Origin: a bacterium | GTDB taxonomy: Bacteria; Patescibacteriota; Minisyncoccia; UBA6257; GWB1-50-10 | Length of the DNA stretch: 54,677 nucleotides | Assembly (NCBI GenBank): GCA_021824045.1 | Contig: JAKALR010000003.1 | Span: forward strand, 1 to 54,677 | Reading direction: 5' to 3' | Shown: piece by piece, positions 9,113 to 17,450 of the stretch | Layout of the letters: every line of letters starts with the position of its first letter | How positions within the stretch are numbered: the first letter of the stretch is position 1 | Notes under the pieces: generated by a model | The model's database searches: none | The model's input: the letters and a program-made list of their open reading frames with translations, nothing else | Told to the model about the DNA's origin: nothing | Position numbers and translations under genes: made by a program

Positions 9113-9140
9113 GAGAGGTTATCCACTAGGGTAACCTCTC
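9113..9140 (-). terminator. Hairpin/terminator after the DGR-target-like gene
   Basis: gagaggtta...taacctctc stem followed on the minus strand by T runs. Confidence 0.6.
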
Positions 9141-9728
9141 GTAAAAATTGCCGCGGATTCAAGGGTCAAACGACGAGATATCAAAAGACCCAAGGATTCA
9201 AGTTGGCAAGACTCGAATTTTACTGCGGAACAGCACCGGAGACCGAACCAAAGTACTCGAAGGGATGGTCAACCCAGTATATGCCCAACTCAACCCAGTC
9301 GCCGCTGAAGTCGAAGTTCGAAGCCCCGGAGAAATCGCCATCAGCCCCAGGAGCGAATTTGTCACCCGGGCAATCCATGTCTAGCTCCTCGTAACGAACG
9401 AGGCGTTCGGGATGAATCAGTATTTGACTCCCAGCATGGAATGCGCCGAGACCGAATTCGGGCAGATTCATGACTTCCCATGCCCTGCGAGTCGAACGAC
9501 CAGCATGGCGTTTGCCGAATTGGAACGGGAATATCAGAATATCGCCCTTTTGCTTCTCAGTGATGAGGCTCAAAGCCTGAGCTGTGCGTTCGTGTTCGCG
9601 GAACCGATCCGGAGTGAAATGTCCTTCGTGGTAGTTATGAAACTTCCGCGAGGCGCCGATTTTCTCGAGGACAAGATTCGTCGCTCGGCAATACTTTTCG
9701 GCCGGATCTTTGACTTCCGGGAAAAATC

Positions 9729-10840
9729 GGGTTAAGGGAACTTAAGTGTGTTTTCTCGGAGGAAATTTTTGTGTCGGTTTTGCTCTCGCAAGGTGCGAGA
9801 GGACAATCGACACAAGGATTTTCTTCTGCGAAACGTGGAGCCCGCGGTGCCGCCGCAAGGCCTCAGCGATCGTGGCATTCGGCCAGCCCTCCATGAGATT
9901 GGTCGTGTTCGGGCATCCCGGATGATCGAGGTAGGTGAAGAGGTTCGGGATGGCGCGACGCACGATATTCCGAATGCTCCGGAGCTTCCGGTACTGATAT
10001 CCTCCCGAATCCGTCTTCTTTTTGAAATACCATGCGTATTGTTTCTCCCAGATCTTGAAGAGCAGGATCCATTTTTCTTTTGCCTCGTGCGTCTTCACGG
10101 CTTTCAACCGATACATGAGATTGAGGATATCGTGTCCGGCCTCCTCCCTTGGATTCCGTGAGAGGTACTGGATCGCGAGTTTCACCATGTGGAAATGGCA
10201 CCGCTGGAAAGCGGTGCCTGGCCAGTACCGCGCAAGAAACCGCGCCACGCCTTTCTCCCCGTCGGCCACAACGACCTCGGGCGGTTTGAACCGGATGAGA
10301 AATCCATACCACGTGCCGGAGCATTCGTCCGTCGCAAAATCCCAGAAGAGGTCGTCATGCTCGTCGAGTGATAGGAGGGCGCAGAGCTCGCCGCCATGGA
10401 TGAACTTGGCATCCAGGATGAGTATCGTGGGCCGGTATCCCGATGGCGGCAGGCGCTTCGGATCCCCGCGAAAGAACGGTGCGAACTCCTTTGTGAGCGC
10501 TCGTCGCGAGAGGCCGTACTGTTTCGCGACGGCGTCCTTGCCATCTGGACCCGTGAGCCATGCGACAAGACGGTCGCGGTCATGTCGGAGGCGCGTGTCC
10601 GTGCGGTGAACCGTGCCTGATGTCCCGCACGCCATGCATCGAAACCGCTCCGTCCCGGCCCCCGTCCTCCCGTTCCGCCGCATTTTCCTCCCGCACGTCC
10701 CGCATATTTTGTTGTGCTTTTGCATGAAGTCAGACAACCCGATGTCTGGCTTTTGGTCAAGGCAAACGAAAGAGTTCGATACCATCGAGCTTTTTCGTTT
10801 GCCGACGTCGGAGAAAAACACACTTAAGTTCCCTTAACCC
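9729..10840 (-). mobile_element. IS256-family (IS1249-like) insertion sequence, 1112 bp
   Basis: 26-bp perfect TIR GGGTTAAGGGAACTTAAGTGTGTTTT at both ends; 8-bp TSD GAAAAATC at 9721-9728 and 10841-10848. Confidence 0.93.
9742..10821 (-). CDS. IS256/Mutator-type DDE transposase (true start probably 10725)
   Basis: N-terminal CxxC...CxxC, ILDAK, VVADG, FQRCHFH, PNTTNLMEG; stop codon lies inside the TIR. Confidence 0.88.
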   Translation of the reverse strand: MFFSDVGKRKSSMVSNSFVCLDQKPDIGLSDFMQKHNKICGTCGRKMRRNGRTGAGTERFRCMACGTSGTVHRTDTRLRHDRDRLVAWLTGPDGKDAVAKQYGLSRRALTKEFAPFFRGDPKRLPPSGYRPTILILDAKFIHGGELCALLSLDEHDDLFWDFATDECSGTWYGFLIRFKPPEVVVADGEKGVARFLARYWPGTAFQRCHFHMVKLAIQYLSRNPREEAGHDILNLMYRLKAVKTHEAKEKWILLFKIWEKQYAWYFKKKTDSGGYQYRKLRSIRNIVRRAIPNLFTYLDHPGCPNTTNLMEGWPNATIAEALRRHRGLHVSQKKILVSIVLSHLARAKPTQKFPPRKHT

Positions 10841-11399
10841 GAAAAATCTGGCGGCCACCGCATCAAGCGAGGGAAATGCTCCCCAACCCTCAGCCCATTC
10901 CGGAAGAGTGAGCGTCGGCAGGACCTTCTCGATGAATTCCGTGGCATAGCCGAGGGAGAGTTGGAAGATATCCGCGAGGATATCAATCTGCTTCTCGATG
11001 GGCTTGAGACCTTTGTACTCTGGAGGATACACGTAGCTGGAATGGACTTCTTCGTTCTTGTACTTTTCAGTGAAACGGTTTTCAGCTATGTGATCACTGA
11101 TGAGATTAGCCAAGCCGGGGGCGTTGTTGACGCGCTGCGCCTCGTCATCGGAGAGGCGAGCTTTGTTGTAAGCATCCTCAACGATGGAGACGAACTTGAG
11201 ACCCTTTGGGTCACGGGTGGTGACAGACGGAGCCAATGAAGTTTTCATCGGAGCCATCTCCTTTCTTTGGTTAGTTGGTGAATATAAAGTTGTTTGAGAA
11301 CATTCCTGAATATATTCAGGAATGTTTAAACAATGCCACAATATGGCTAAAAAGTCAACCCATCCCAAAGCAACTGCCATAGGTGATATAATTGGAGGT

Positions 11400-12131
11400 A
11401 TGAATAGCAGATACGCTGCATTTAAAAATGATGCCGTGGCTTTGAGACGCAAAGGTTTCAGCTACAACGAAATAAACAAAAAGATCGGCGTGCCGAAAAG
11501 CACATTGAGCTCATGGTTAAAGTCCGTTCCCCTGAAACCCGAGCACAGGAAACGGCTGTATACCAAGCAAGTGCAAATTCTATCAAGGGGCTCCCAATCT
11601 CAGAAGGAAAGGAGACGCAGAGAAATTGATTCAATTGTAGAAGAGGCGATACGTGAGATTGAGTTGCCCCTATCAGGCCAAACATTCAAGCTTTTCGGCG
11701 CAGCCCTGTACTGGGCGGAAGGCAGCAAAACAAAAAGCTTCACGGTGACCAATTCAGATCCCCACCTTGTCGCATTTATGGTTAGCTGGTTCGAAAAAAT
11801 ATTCAATGTGTCGCCGAAAACAATGAAAGCATATCTCAACATATATGCTCAACAAAACGAAAAGCGTATAAAAAGATTTTGGTCGGATATTACCGGCATA
11901 CCAGTGGATAGATTCGGCAAAAGTTACATAAAGCCGTTAAGCACCGGGTACAAGAAAAATAATTTGTACTACGGGACCATAAAAGTCTTCGTCCCCAAAG
12001 GGACAGACATGAAACATCGCCTATTCGGATGGATACAAGCAACTTTACAAAGCACCAATCCCAAAGTAAAATTAGCACAGAAAAAGTGGGTTAGTCTAAC
12101 CAGCATCCAACGCCCACCGGTCAATTTATAA
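11400..12131 (+). CDS. HTH plus LAGLIDADG-like domain protein (CPR tRNA-adjacent family)
   Basis: LRRKGFSYNEI...KSTLSSWL HTH; ALYWAEGSK, TNSDP, FWS.ITG, YGT motifs; visibly AT-richer than flanks. Confidence 0.65.
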   Translation: MNSRYAAFKNDAVALRRKGFSYNEINKKIGVPKSTLSSWLKSVPLKPEHRKRLYTKQVQILSRGSQSQKERRRREIDSIVEEAIREIELPLSGQTFKLFGAALYWAEGSKTKSFTVTNSDPHLVAFMVSWFEKIFNVSPKTMKAYLNIYAQQNEKRIKRFWSDITGIPVDRFGKSYIKPLSTGYKKNNLYYGTIKVFVPKGTDMKHRLFGWIQATLQSTNPKVKLAQKKWVSLTSIQRPPVNL

Positions 12132-12204
12132 CCACCCCTAACTCAACTGGTAGAGTAGCGGCCTCTTAAGCCGAATGTTCTGGGTTCGACTCCCAGGGGG
12201 TGGA
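12132..12204 (+). tRNA. tRNA-Lys(CTT)
   Basis: CCACCCC/GGGGTGG acceptor, CGGC-CT-CTT-AA-GCCG anticodon arm, GGTTCGACTCC. Confidence 0.9.
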
Positions 12205-12207
12205 CTA

Positions 12208-12247
12208 CAAACAAAAATACCTGGCAGCGCCAGGTATTTTTGTTTGC
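12208..12247 (+). terminator. Intrinsic terminator after tRNA-Lys
   Basis: caaacaaaaatacctggc-agc-gccaggtatttttgtttg long perfect stem. Confidence 0.8.
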
Positions 12248-12293
12248 TATCTGAAACTCGAACCTTGGGTCTTTTTGCGGTATAATATGCGGG

Positions 12294-14414
12294 ATGTTAC
12301 GCCTCGAGGATCCGGTATCCCGGGTGAAATTCGTCGGCACGAGATGGGAATCCAAGCTCAAGAAACTCGGCATTGATTCGGTGCGCGATCTTCTCTTTCA
12401 CTTCCCCGTCCGCTACGAAGATTTTCGGGAAATTTACAAGATAGCGGATTTGATTCCCAAACAGGAAGCGACTATCCGCGGCGTCGTCGAAGAGATCGAC
12501 ACGCGAAGAAGCTGGAAAAGGAATCTTTCCATCACCGAAGCCGTGATCTCCGACGACACGGCTTCCATCCGCGCCGTTTGGTTCAATCAGCCGTACGTCA
12601 AAAACGTCCTCCAGCCCGGAACGATCGCAAATTTCTCCGGCAAAACCTCAGGCAGCGGCGATGTGTACCTTTCGAACCCGACCTATGAAACGATACGGGG
12701 TGAGGACGAGGAAACCAAGCACACCGGGCGCATTGTCCCGGTTTATCCCGAAACGAAAGGACTCACGTCGAAGGGGCTCCGGAATATGGTCGCCGCGGCG
12801 CTCGGTGGCATCGGAACAGTGAAAGATCCCCTGCCTCCCGACATATTGTCCGCCGTCGGCGCGCCGGGGCTCACAAAAAGCCTGCGGGATATTCACTTCC
12901 CCGACGCCGTCGAGGACGCTTTCGCGGCGCGGCGCCGGTTTTCCTTCGAGGACCTCTTCCTGCTCCAGTTGTTCAATCTCAAGCGGAAAATAACCCTCGC
13001 AAAAAGCGAATCGATCGATGTTCCCGTCGATCTGGAATACGTGAAATCCGTCATCGGACGGCTTCCCTTTCTGCTCATGGATTCGCAGAAAAAATCCCTC
13101 TGGGAAATTCTGCAGGACACCGGAAAAAAGATACCCATGAACCGTCTCCTCCAGGGAGACGTCGGGTCGGGGAAAACGGTCGTCGCGGCGATCGCAGCTT
13201 TGAACGCGGCGCGCGCCGGGCGCCAAACGGCGTTTCTCGCCCCGACGTCGCTCCTCGCCTCCCAGCACTACAACACGTTCATTAAATTCTTCGGCGATTT
13301 CGAGGGCGGCGTTGCACTTTTAACGTCCCACGAAAGCGAGGTTTTCTACGGCCACGAGCTCTCGAGTGAGATCGCGAAAGCCAAGCTCGCGAACGAGATT
13401 AAAAAGGACAAGGTGAAGATCGTCGTCGGCACCCACGCGCTGCTCCAGAAATACATCGATTTCCCCGATTTGGCGCTCGTCATCGTCGATGAGCAACACC
13501 GCTTCGGCGTGAAGCAGCGGGCGGAACTCCTCGGGGGCAGGCGCGCGGCCCTGGTCCCCCACTTTCTCTCGATGTCCGCGACGCCGATACCGCGAACGCT
13601 TTCCCTCACGCTCTTCGGCGATCTTGACCTTTCGATTATCAGCGAAGTGCCGAAAAACAGAAAGAAAATAGTGACGAAGGTTATTCCCTCGAAGGAGCGA
13701 AGTGATACGTACCGCTTCATCCGGAACGAGATTAAGCGCGGACGGCAGGCATTCGTCATCTGCCCGCGCATTGATCCTCCGGACGGGGCGGCCGAGCAAA
13801 ACAGCTACCAAGCGGCTCTCCTGTGGCAAGTGAAAGCGGTGAAGGAAGAATACGAAAAGCTTTCCCAAAAGATATTCCCCGATCTCAGGGTCGGCATGCT
13901 CCACGGGAAAATGAAATCAGCCGACAAGGAACAGGTTATGGAGGATTTCATGGAGCGGAAGATAGATCTTGTCGTTTCGACGTCCGTTATCGAGGTTGGC
14001 ATCGACGTCCCGAACGCCACCATCATGATGATCGAGGACGCGGACCGCTTCGGTCTGGCTCAGCTCTATCAGTTCCGGGGCCGCGTCGGCCGCGGAGAAC
14101 ACCAATCCTACTGTTTTCTTTTTACTGAAACGGCTACGCCGCACGCAAACCGGCGGCTCAAGGCGATCGTGGAGGCAAAGAACGGATTCGAACTTGCGGA
14201 ATATGACCTAAAACAGCGGGGGCCCGGCGAATTCCTGGGAGAATCCCAAACCGGCATGCCGGACCTCGCCATGAAGGCGATCCAAAATCCGGAGCTCGTG
14301 AAGAGCACCCGGGAGCTTGCGCTCAAAACCTTAAAAGAAGATCACGCACTCAAAAAATATCCGCTCCTCAAGGAGCGGCTCGGAATCTTCGAACGGATGA
14401 TTCACTGGGAGTAG
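12294..14414 (+). CDS. recG: ATP-dependent DNA helicase RecG
   Basis: MNRLLQGDVGSGKT, DEQHRFGV, MSATPIPRTL, QLYQFRGRVGRG, RGPGEFLG. Confidence 0.97.
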   Translation: MLRLEDPVSRVKFVGTRWESKLKKLGIDSVRDLLFHFPVRYEDFREIYKIADLIPKQEATIRGVVEEIDTRRSWKRNLSITEAVISDDTASIRAVWFNQPYVKNVLQPGTIANFSGKTSGSGDVYLSNPTYETIRGEDEETKHTGRIVPVYPETKGLTSKGLRNMVAAALGGIGTVKDPLPPDILSAVGAPGLTKSLRDIHFPDAVEDAFAARRRFSFEDLFLLQLFNLKRKITLAKSESIDVPVDLEYVKSVIGRLPFLLMDSQKKSLWEILQDTGKKIPMNRLLQGDVGSGKTVVAAIAALNAARAGRQTAFLAPTSLLASQHYNTFIKFFGDFEGGVALLTSHESEVFYGHELSSEIAKAKLANEIKKDKVKIVVGTHALLQKYIDFPDLALVIVDEQHRFGVKQRAELLGGRRAALVPHFLSMSATPIPRTLSLTLFGDLDLSIISEVPKNRKKIVTKVIPSKERSDTYRFIRNEIKRGRQAFVICPRIDPPDGAAEQNSYQAALLWQVKAVKEEYEKLSQKIFPDLRVGMLHGKMKSADKEQVMEDFMERKIDLVVSTSVIEVGIDVPNATIMMIEDADRFGLAQLYQFRGRVGRGEHQSYCFLFTETATPHANRRLKAIVEAKNGFELAEYDLKQRGPGEFLGESQTGMPDLAMKAIQNPELVKSTRELALKTLKEDHALKKYPLLKERLGIFERMIHWE

Positions 14415-14415
14415 A

Positions 14416-14516
14416 AATTAATTTTCAATTATCAATTTCCATTGAATTTTACAAATTTGAAAATTTTCAAACGTTTGAAAATTGATTGTAAATTGCAAAA
14501 TTGCGAATTGTAAATT
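14416..14516. repeat. AT-rich degenerate heptamer inverted-repeat spacer between convergent recG and pheS
   Basis: attttca/attatca/atttcca ... aaattga/aaattgc/gaattgt 7-mer periodicity in opposite orientations. Confidence 0.6.
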
Positions 14517-15647
14517 TCACCTGACTTCCGCCTTGAATTGCCGTTTCGTTTCTTCGATGATTTTATCTTGAATTGGATTGATCTCCTCGTTGGTGAGCGT
14601 CCGTTCATTCGAACGGTACACGATGCGATAGGTGTAGCTCACCTTGCCGGCACCGAATTTGTCGGCGTTTTCATACTTGTCGAGAAGCGAAACTTCTTCC
14701 ACGAGATCGCCGCCCAAATCGCGAATGAGATCGAAATAATCGTTGGGAAAGAAGCTTACGTCAACAACGAAGGAGATGTCCCGGATGATCGAGGGATATT
14801 TACTGACCTCTTTATAGGCGTTGCCGAGTTTTAATTGCTGCTTCACCCGCTGATCTTCCGACCAGAGGAGCCGGATATCGGGAAGCTTCATGCTGATGAT
14901 CGCGAGTCGTTCAAGACCGAAGCCGAACGCCCACGCGTTATATCCCTCAACGCCGAATTTCTTGAATACGCTCTGCTTCGTCATGCCGCCACCCAAAACT
15001 TCGATCCATCTGCCGCCGACTTCGACTTCCACCTGGAGCGATGGATCAGTATACGGGAATGCATCATCCAAAAACCGGTACTTCGCGTCATCCCCGAAGA
15101 GACCCTTCACGATGTCGCTTAGGGCTTTTTTCAAATCTTCAAGCGTCAAAGGTGCCGTTGTGGAAGGCGTCAGATACCACCCGCCGAACTGATGAAACAC
15201 GTTCATGTGGTTGCGGTCGATTTCATCCTTGCGGTACACCTTCCCGTAACAAACAACGCCGAACTTTTCCCCGCGGGCAATTCGGGCCTTCACTTCCGGC
15301 AGCTGCGTATAGTAATACCACATGACGGTGTCATGCGGACGCAAGATGTGGTTGTCGTCAACGTAGTAGGTATCCGACCGGCTCCGCGCGGGATGGTCGA
15401 GAGCGAAATCGAAAAGATCGAAGCTCACGTCGGCCGGGACGATTTCGGGGATCACGATATTATCAAAGCCTTTCAAAACGGGGATCTCACGGGCCTTGGT
15501 CACGAGATCATGGAGCGGGCTGCCGGGAGTGCGTGAAAGATCCGGCATCGCCAAAAATCTTTTCATCCGGAGCGCTTCGGCATCGCCCCGCTTCTCGAGG
15601 ACTTCCCGCAACTTCTTTTCTTCCGATAAATCGATGAGTATTTCCAT
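14517..15647 (-). CDS. pheS: Phenylalanyl-tRNA synthetase, monomeric mitochondrial-type (catalytic domain plus FDX-ACB)
   Basis: HPARSRSDTYY, VYRKDEIDRNHMNVFHQ, FPYTDPS, AFGFGLERLA, PDIRLLW, then SKYPSIIRDISF...YRSNERTLT anticodon-binding domain. Confidence 0.9.
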   Translation of the reverse strand: MEILIDLSEEKKLREVLEKRGDAEALRMKRFLAMPDLSRTPGSPLHDLVTKAREIPVLKGFDNIVIPEIVPADVSFDLFDFALDHPARSRSDTYYVDDNHILRPHDTVMWYYYTQLPEVKARIARGEKFGVVCYGKVYRKDEIDRNHMNVFHQFGGWYLTPSTTAPLTLEDLKKALSDIVKGLFGDDAKYRFLDDAFPYTDPSLQVEVEVGGRWIEVLGGGMTKQSVFKKFGVEGYNAWAFGFGLERLAIISMKLPDIRLLWSEDQRVKQQLKLGNAYKEVSKYPSIIRDISFVVDVSFFPNDYFDLIRDLGGDLVEEVSLLDKYENADKFGAGKVSYTYRIVYRSNERTLTNEEINPIQDKIIEETKRQFKAEVR

Positions 15648-15649
15648 AG

Positions 15650-15723
15650 TGGCTGGGGTGAGACTCGAACTCACGACCTCGGCTTTATGAGGGCCACGCT
15701 CTAACCAGCTGAGCTACCCAGCC
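15650..15723 (-). tRNA. tRNA with CAT anticodon (probably elongator Met; Ile2 not excluded)
   Basis: GGCTGGG/CCCAGCC acceptor, CT-CAT-AA loop, GTTCGAGTC. Confidence 0.85.
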
Positions 15724-16403
15724 TCACTAATCCTTTTTATTATCCCATAGTATAAACCCATAATTTTGTACTGTAAATCAGAGCTTTTTTTAACCCTTAT
15801 CGTGAGGGTTCCAAAATGTTCGTTCAGATTTTCATAAACTTTTTTACTTTTTGATTTGATGAATACTGTTTTATTAAATTGATTGACTCTGACTCCTGTT
15901 ACTCTTGACCAATATTTTTTTATAACCTCCGCACGGTTCCGATGGATTTGGTTCACAATAACGTTAAGGATGATATCCTTTTTGTTAATTTGAAAAATCT
16001 TTTCAAGCCAAAGAATAGCAAGTCTTACGATATCCGGGTTTGAGTTAGTAAACTGAAATTGATTTCCACTTTTATTTCCCTCCCCTAAATATAATCCCAA
16101 CCCAATAAAGAAAAGTGACTTATGGGTCACGGGACCGATTGTTTCAATTCCTAATTTTCGATATTTACTGATCTTTTCCTCTTTTATCAATTTATTCTTT
16201 TGAGCGCCTTTTAGTCTACCGACGTAGCCGCCTCTCACCATTTTCTCGTGGAGCTTTTTAATCTGTCGCGAGGTTAATTCAACATCATGGCACCAAATAC
16301 TCACCGAACTTTTGGAGACTTTTAATTTCTCCGCAATATCTTTAATACTTCCTCCCTTTCTTCTCAATCCCCGTGCGGCCAATTTTTTATTTGATTTCGC
16401 CAT
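15714..16403 (-). CDS. Second HTH plus LAGLIDADG-like domain protein
   Basis: LRRKGGSIKDIA...SKSSVSIWC; GLYLGEGNK, TNSNP, YWSRVTG, FGT; stop codon lies within the first 10 nt of the tRNA. Confidence 0.65.
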   Translation of the reverse strand: MAKSNKKLAARGLRRKGGSIKDIAEKLKVSKSSVSIWCHDVELTSRQIKKLHEKMVRGGYVGRLKGAQKNKLIKEEKISKYRKLGIETIGPVTHKSLFFIGLGLYLGEGNKSGNQFQFTNSNPDIVRLAILWLEKIFQINKKDIILNVIVNQIHRNRAEVIKKYWSRVTGVRVNQFNKTVFIKSKSKKVYENLNEHFGTLTIRVKKSSDLQYKIMGLYYGIIKRISEAG

Positions 16404-16520
16404 AGAACCGACAATAACACTATCTGTATCATTATAGCATGGGTTCGATTCACATCCACTTCTCAAACATTAAGAGTGGGGACTTCACATTTCTGAAAAA
16501 TCGTGATAATCTGTAGTAAT

Positions 16521-16595
16521 CGCGGGGAGGAGCAGCGGTCGCTCGTCGGGCCCATAACCCGGAGGTCGCCGGTTCGAATCCGGCCCCCGCAACCA
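16521..16595 (+). tRNA. Initiator tRNA-fMet(CAT)
   Basis: C1xA72 mismatch, three GC pairs (GGG/CCC) in the anticodon stem, encoded CCA. Confidence 0.9.
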
Positions 16596-16600
16596 ACTTG

Positions 16601-16622
16601 AAAAACTGCGGATGCAGTTTTT
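16601..16622 (+). terminator. Short terminator after tRNA-fMet
   Basis: aaaaactgc-ggat-gcagttttt. Confidence 0.55.
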
Positions 16623-16683
16623 CTGCGTTTTAGACACCCTTATTGCCAACCGGAAAAATTTCCAATACTATATAGGAAGATTT

Positions 16684-16757
16684 GCAGCCGTAGCTCAATT
16701 GGTTAGAGCACTGCCCTGTCACGGCAGGGGTTACCGGTTCGAGTCCGGCCGGCTGCG
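16684..16757 (+). tRNA. tRNA-Asp(GTC)
   Basis: GCAGCCG/CGGCTGC acceptor, G73, CTGCC-CT-GTC-AC-GGCAG anticodon arm. Confidence 0.93.
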
Positions 16758-16769
16758 CAAAAGACAATC

Positions 16770-17450
16770 ATGAAAGCAGTTATTTTGGCCGCCGGACTCG
16801 GAACCCGGATGCAACCCCTCACCAACGAAATTCCCAAGCCGCTCCTCACAATCGGCGGCATGCCCCTCATACAAAGGATCATTGCTACCTTTCCCGCCGA
16901 GGTTTCCGAGATCATCGTGGTCGTGGGGTACCGGGGAGAGCAGATACAAAACTTCCTCGGAGGCGAATTCCTGGGAAGGAAAATAAACTACGTCTTCCAG
17001 GAAAATCCCGCTTCCGGAACCATGGAAGCCCTGAAACTTTGCCGATCATACTTGGACGGCGAAAAGAGATTCTTCGTGTTTTATTCGGACGACCTCATCG
17101 ACGGAGAAACGCTCAAAAAAATGATGGCGTACGACCTCGCGGCTGCCGTTGCAACCCATCCGGAACCGCAAAAGTTCGGCGTTGTGATCGTCGACGAAAA
17201 TGAGAATATCAAAGAAATCGTGGAAAAACCCGAACATCCGCTTTCCAACATCGTCCTCGCGAACGGGCTTCTCCTCACGAACGATATTTTCACCTATGAA
17301 CCGACAATGGAAAGCGGGAGGGAAAAATATCTTTCCTACGCCCTCTCCCGCATGATCAAGGATCACGACGTCAAAGCGGTCATGGCCCGTGAGTGGATTC
17401 CGATCGGTACGCCGGAGGATCTTGCGAAAGCAGATCAGTTTTTCTCGTAA
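16770..17450 (+). CDS. Sugar-phosphate nucleotidyltransferase family protein
   Basis: MKAVILAAGLGTRMQPLT..PKPL, EKP, IGTPEDL. Confidence 0.85.
   Translation: MKAVILAAGLGTRMQPLTNEIPKPLLTIGGMPLIQRIIATFPAEVSEIIVVVGYRGEQIQNFLGGEFLGRKINYVFQENPASGTMEALKLCRSYLDGEKRFFVFYSDDLIDGETLKKMMAYDLAAAVATHPEPQKFGVVIVDENENIKEIVEKPEHPLSNIVLANGLLLTNDIFTYEPTMESGREKYLSYALSRMIKDHDVKAVMAREWIPIGTPEDLAKADQFFS

Larger units (their letters stand above)
9220..11248 (-). pseudogene. IS-interrupted ~302-aa protein with a DGR-target-like (CLec variable region) C-terminus
   Basis: Removing the IS and one TSD restores the frame (...AVAARFF|PEVKDPAEKY...); AAGGAG RBS; ends DCPGDKFAPGADGDFSGASNFDFSGDWVELGIYWVDHPFEYFGSVSGAVPQ. 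Confidence 0.75.

Noticed and set aside
10757-11452. Intact 231-aa gene as listed in the ORF track
   Set aside because: It is the 5' half of the IS-split gene reading into the TIR; the real start is near 11248
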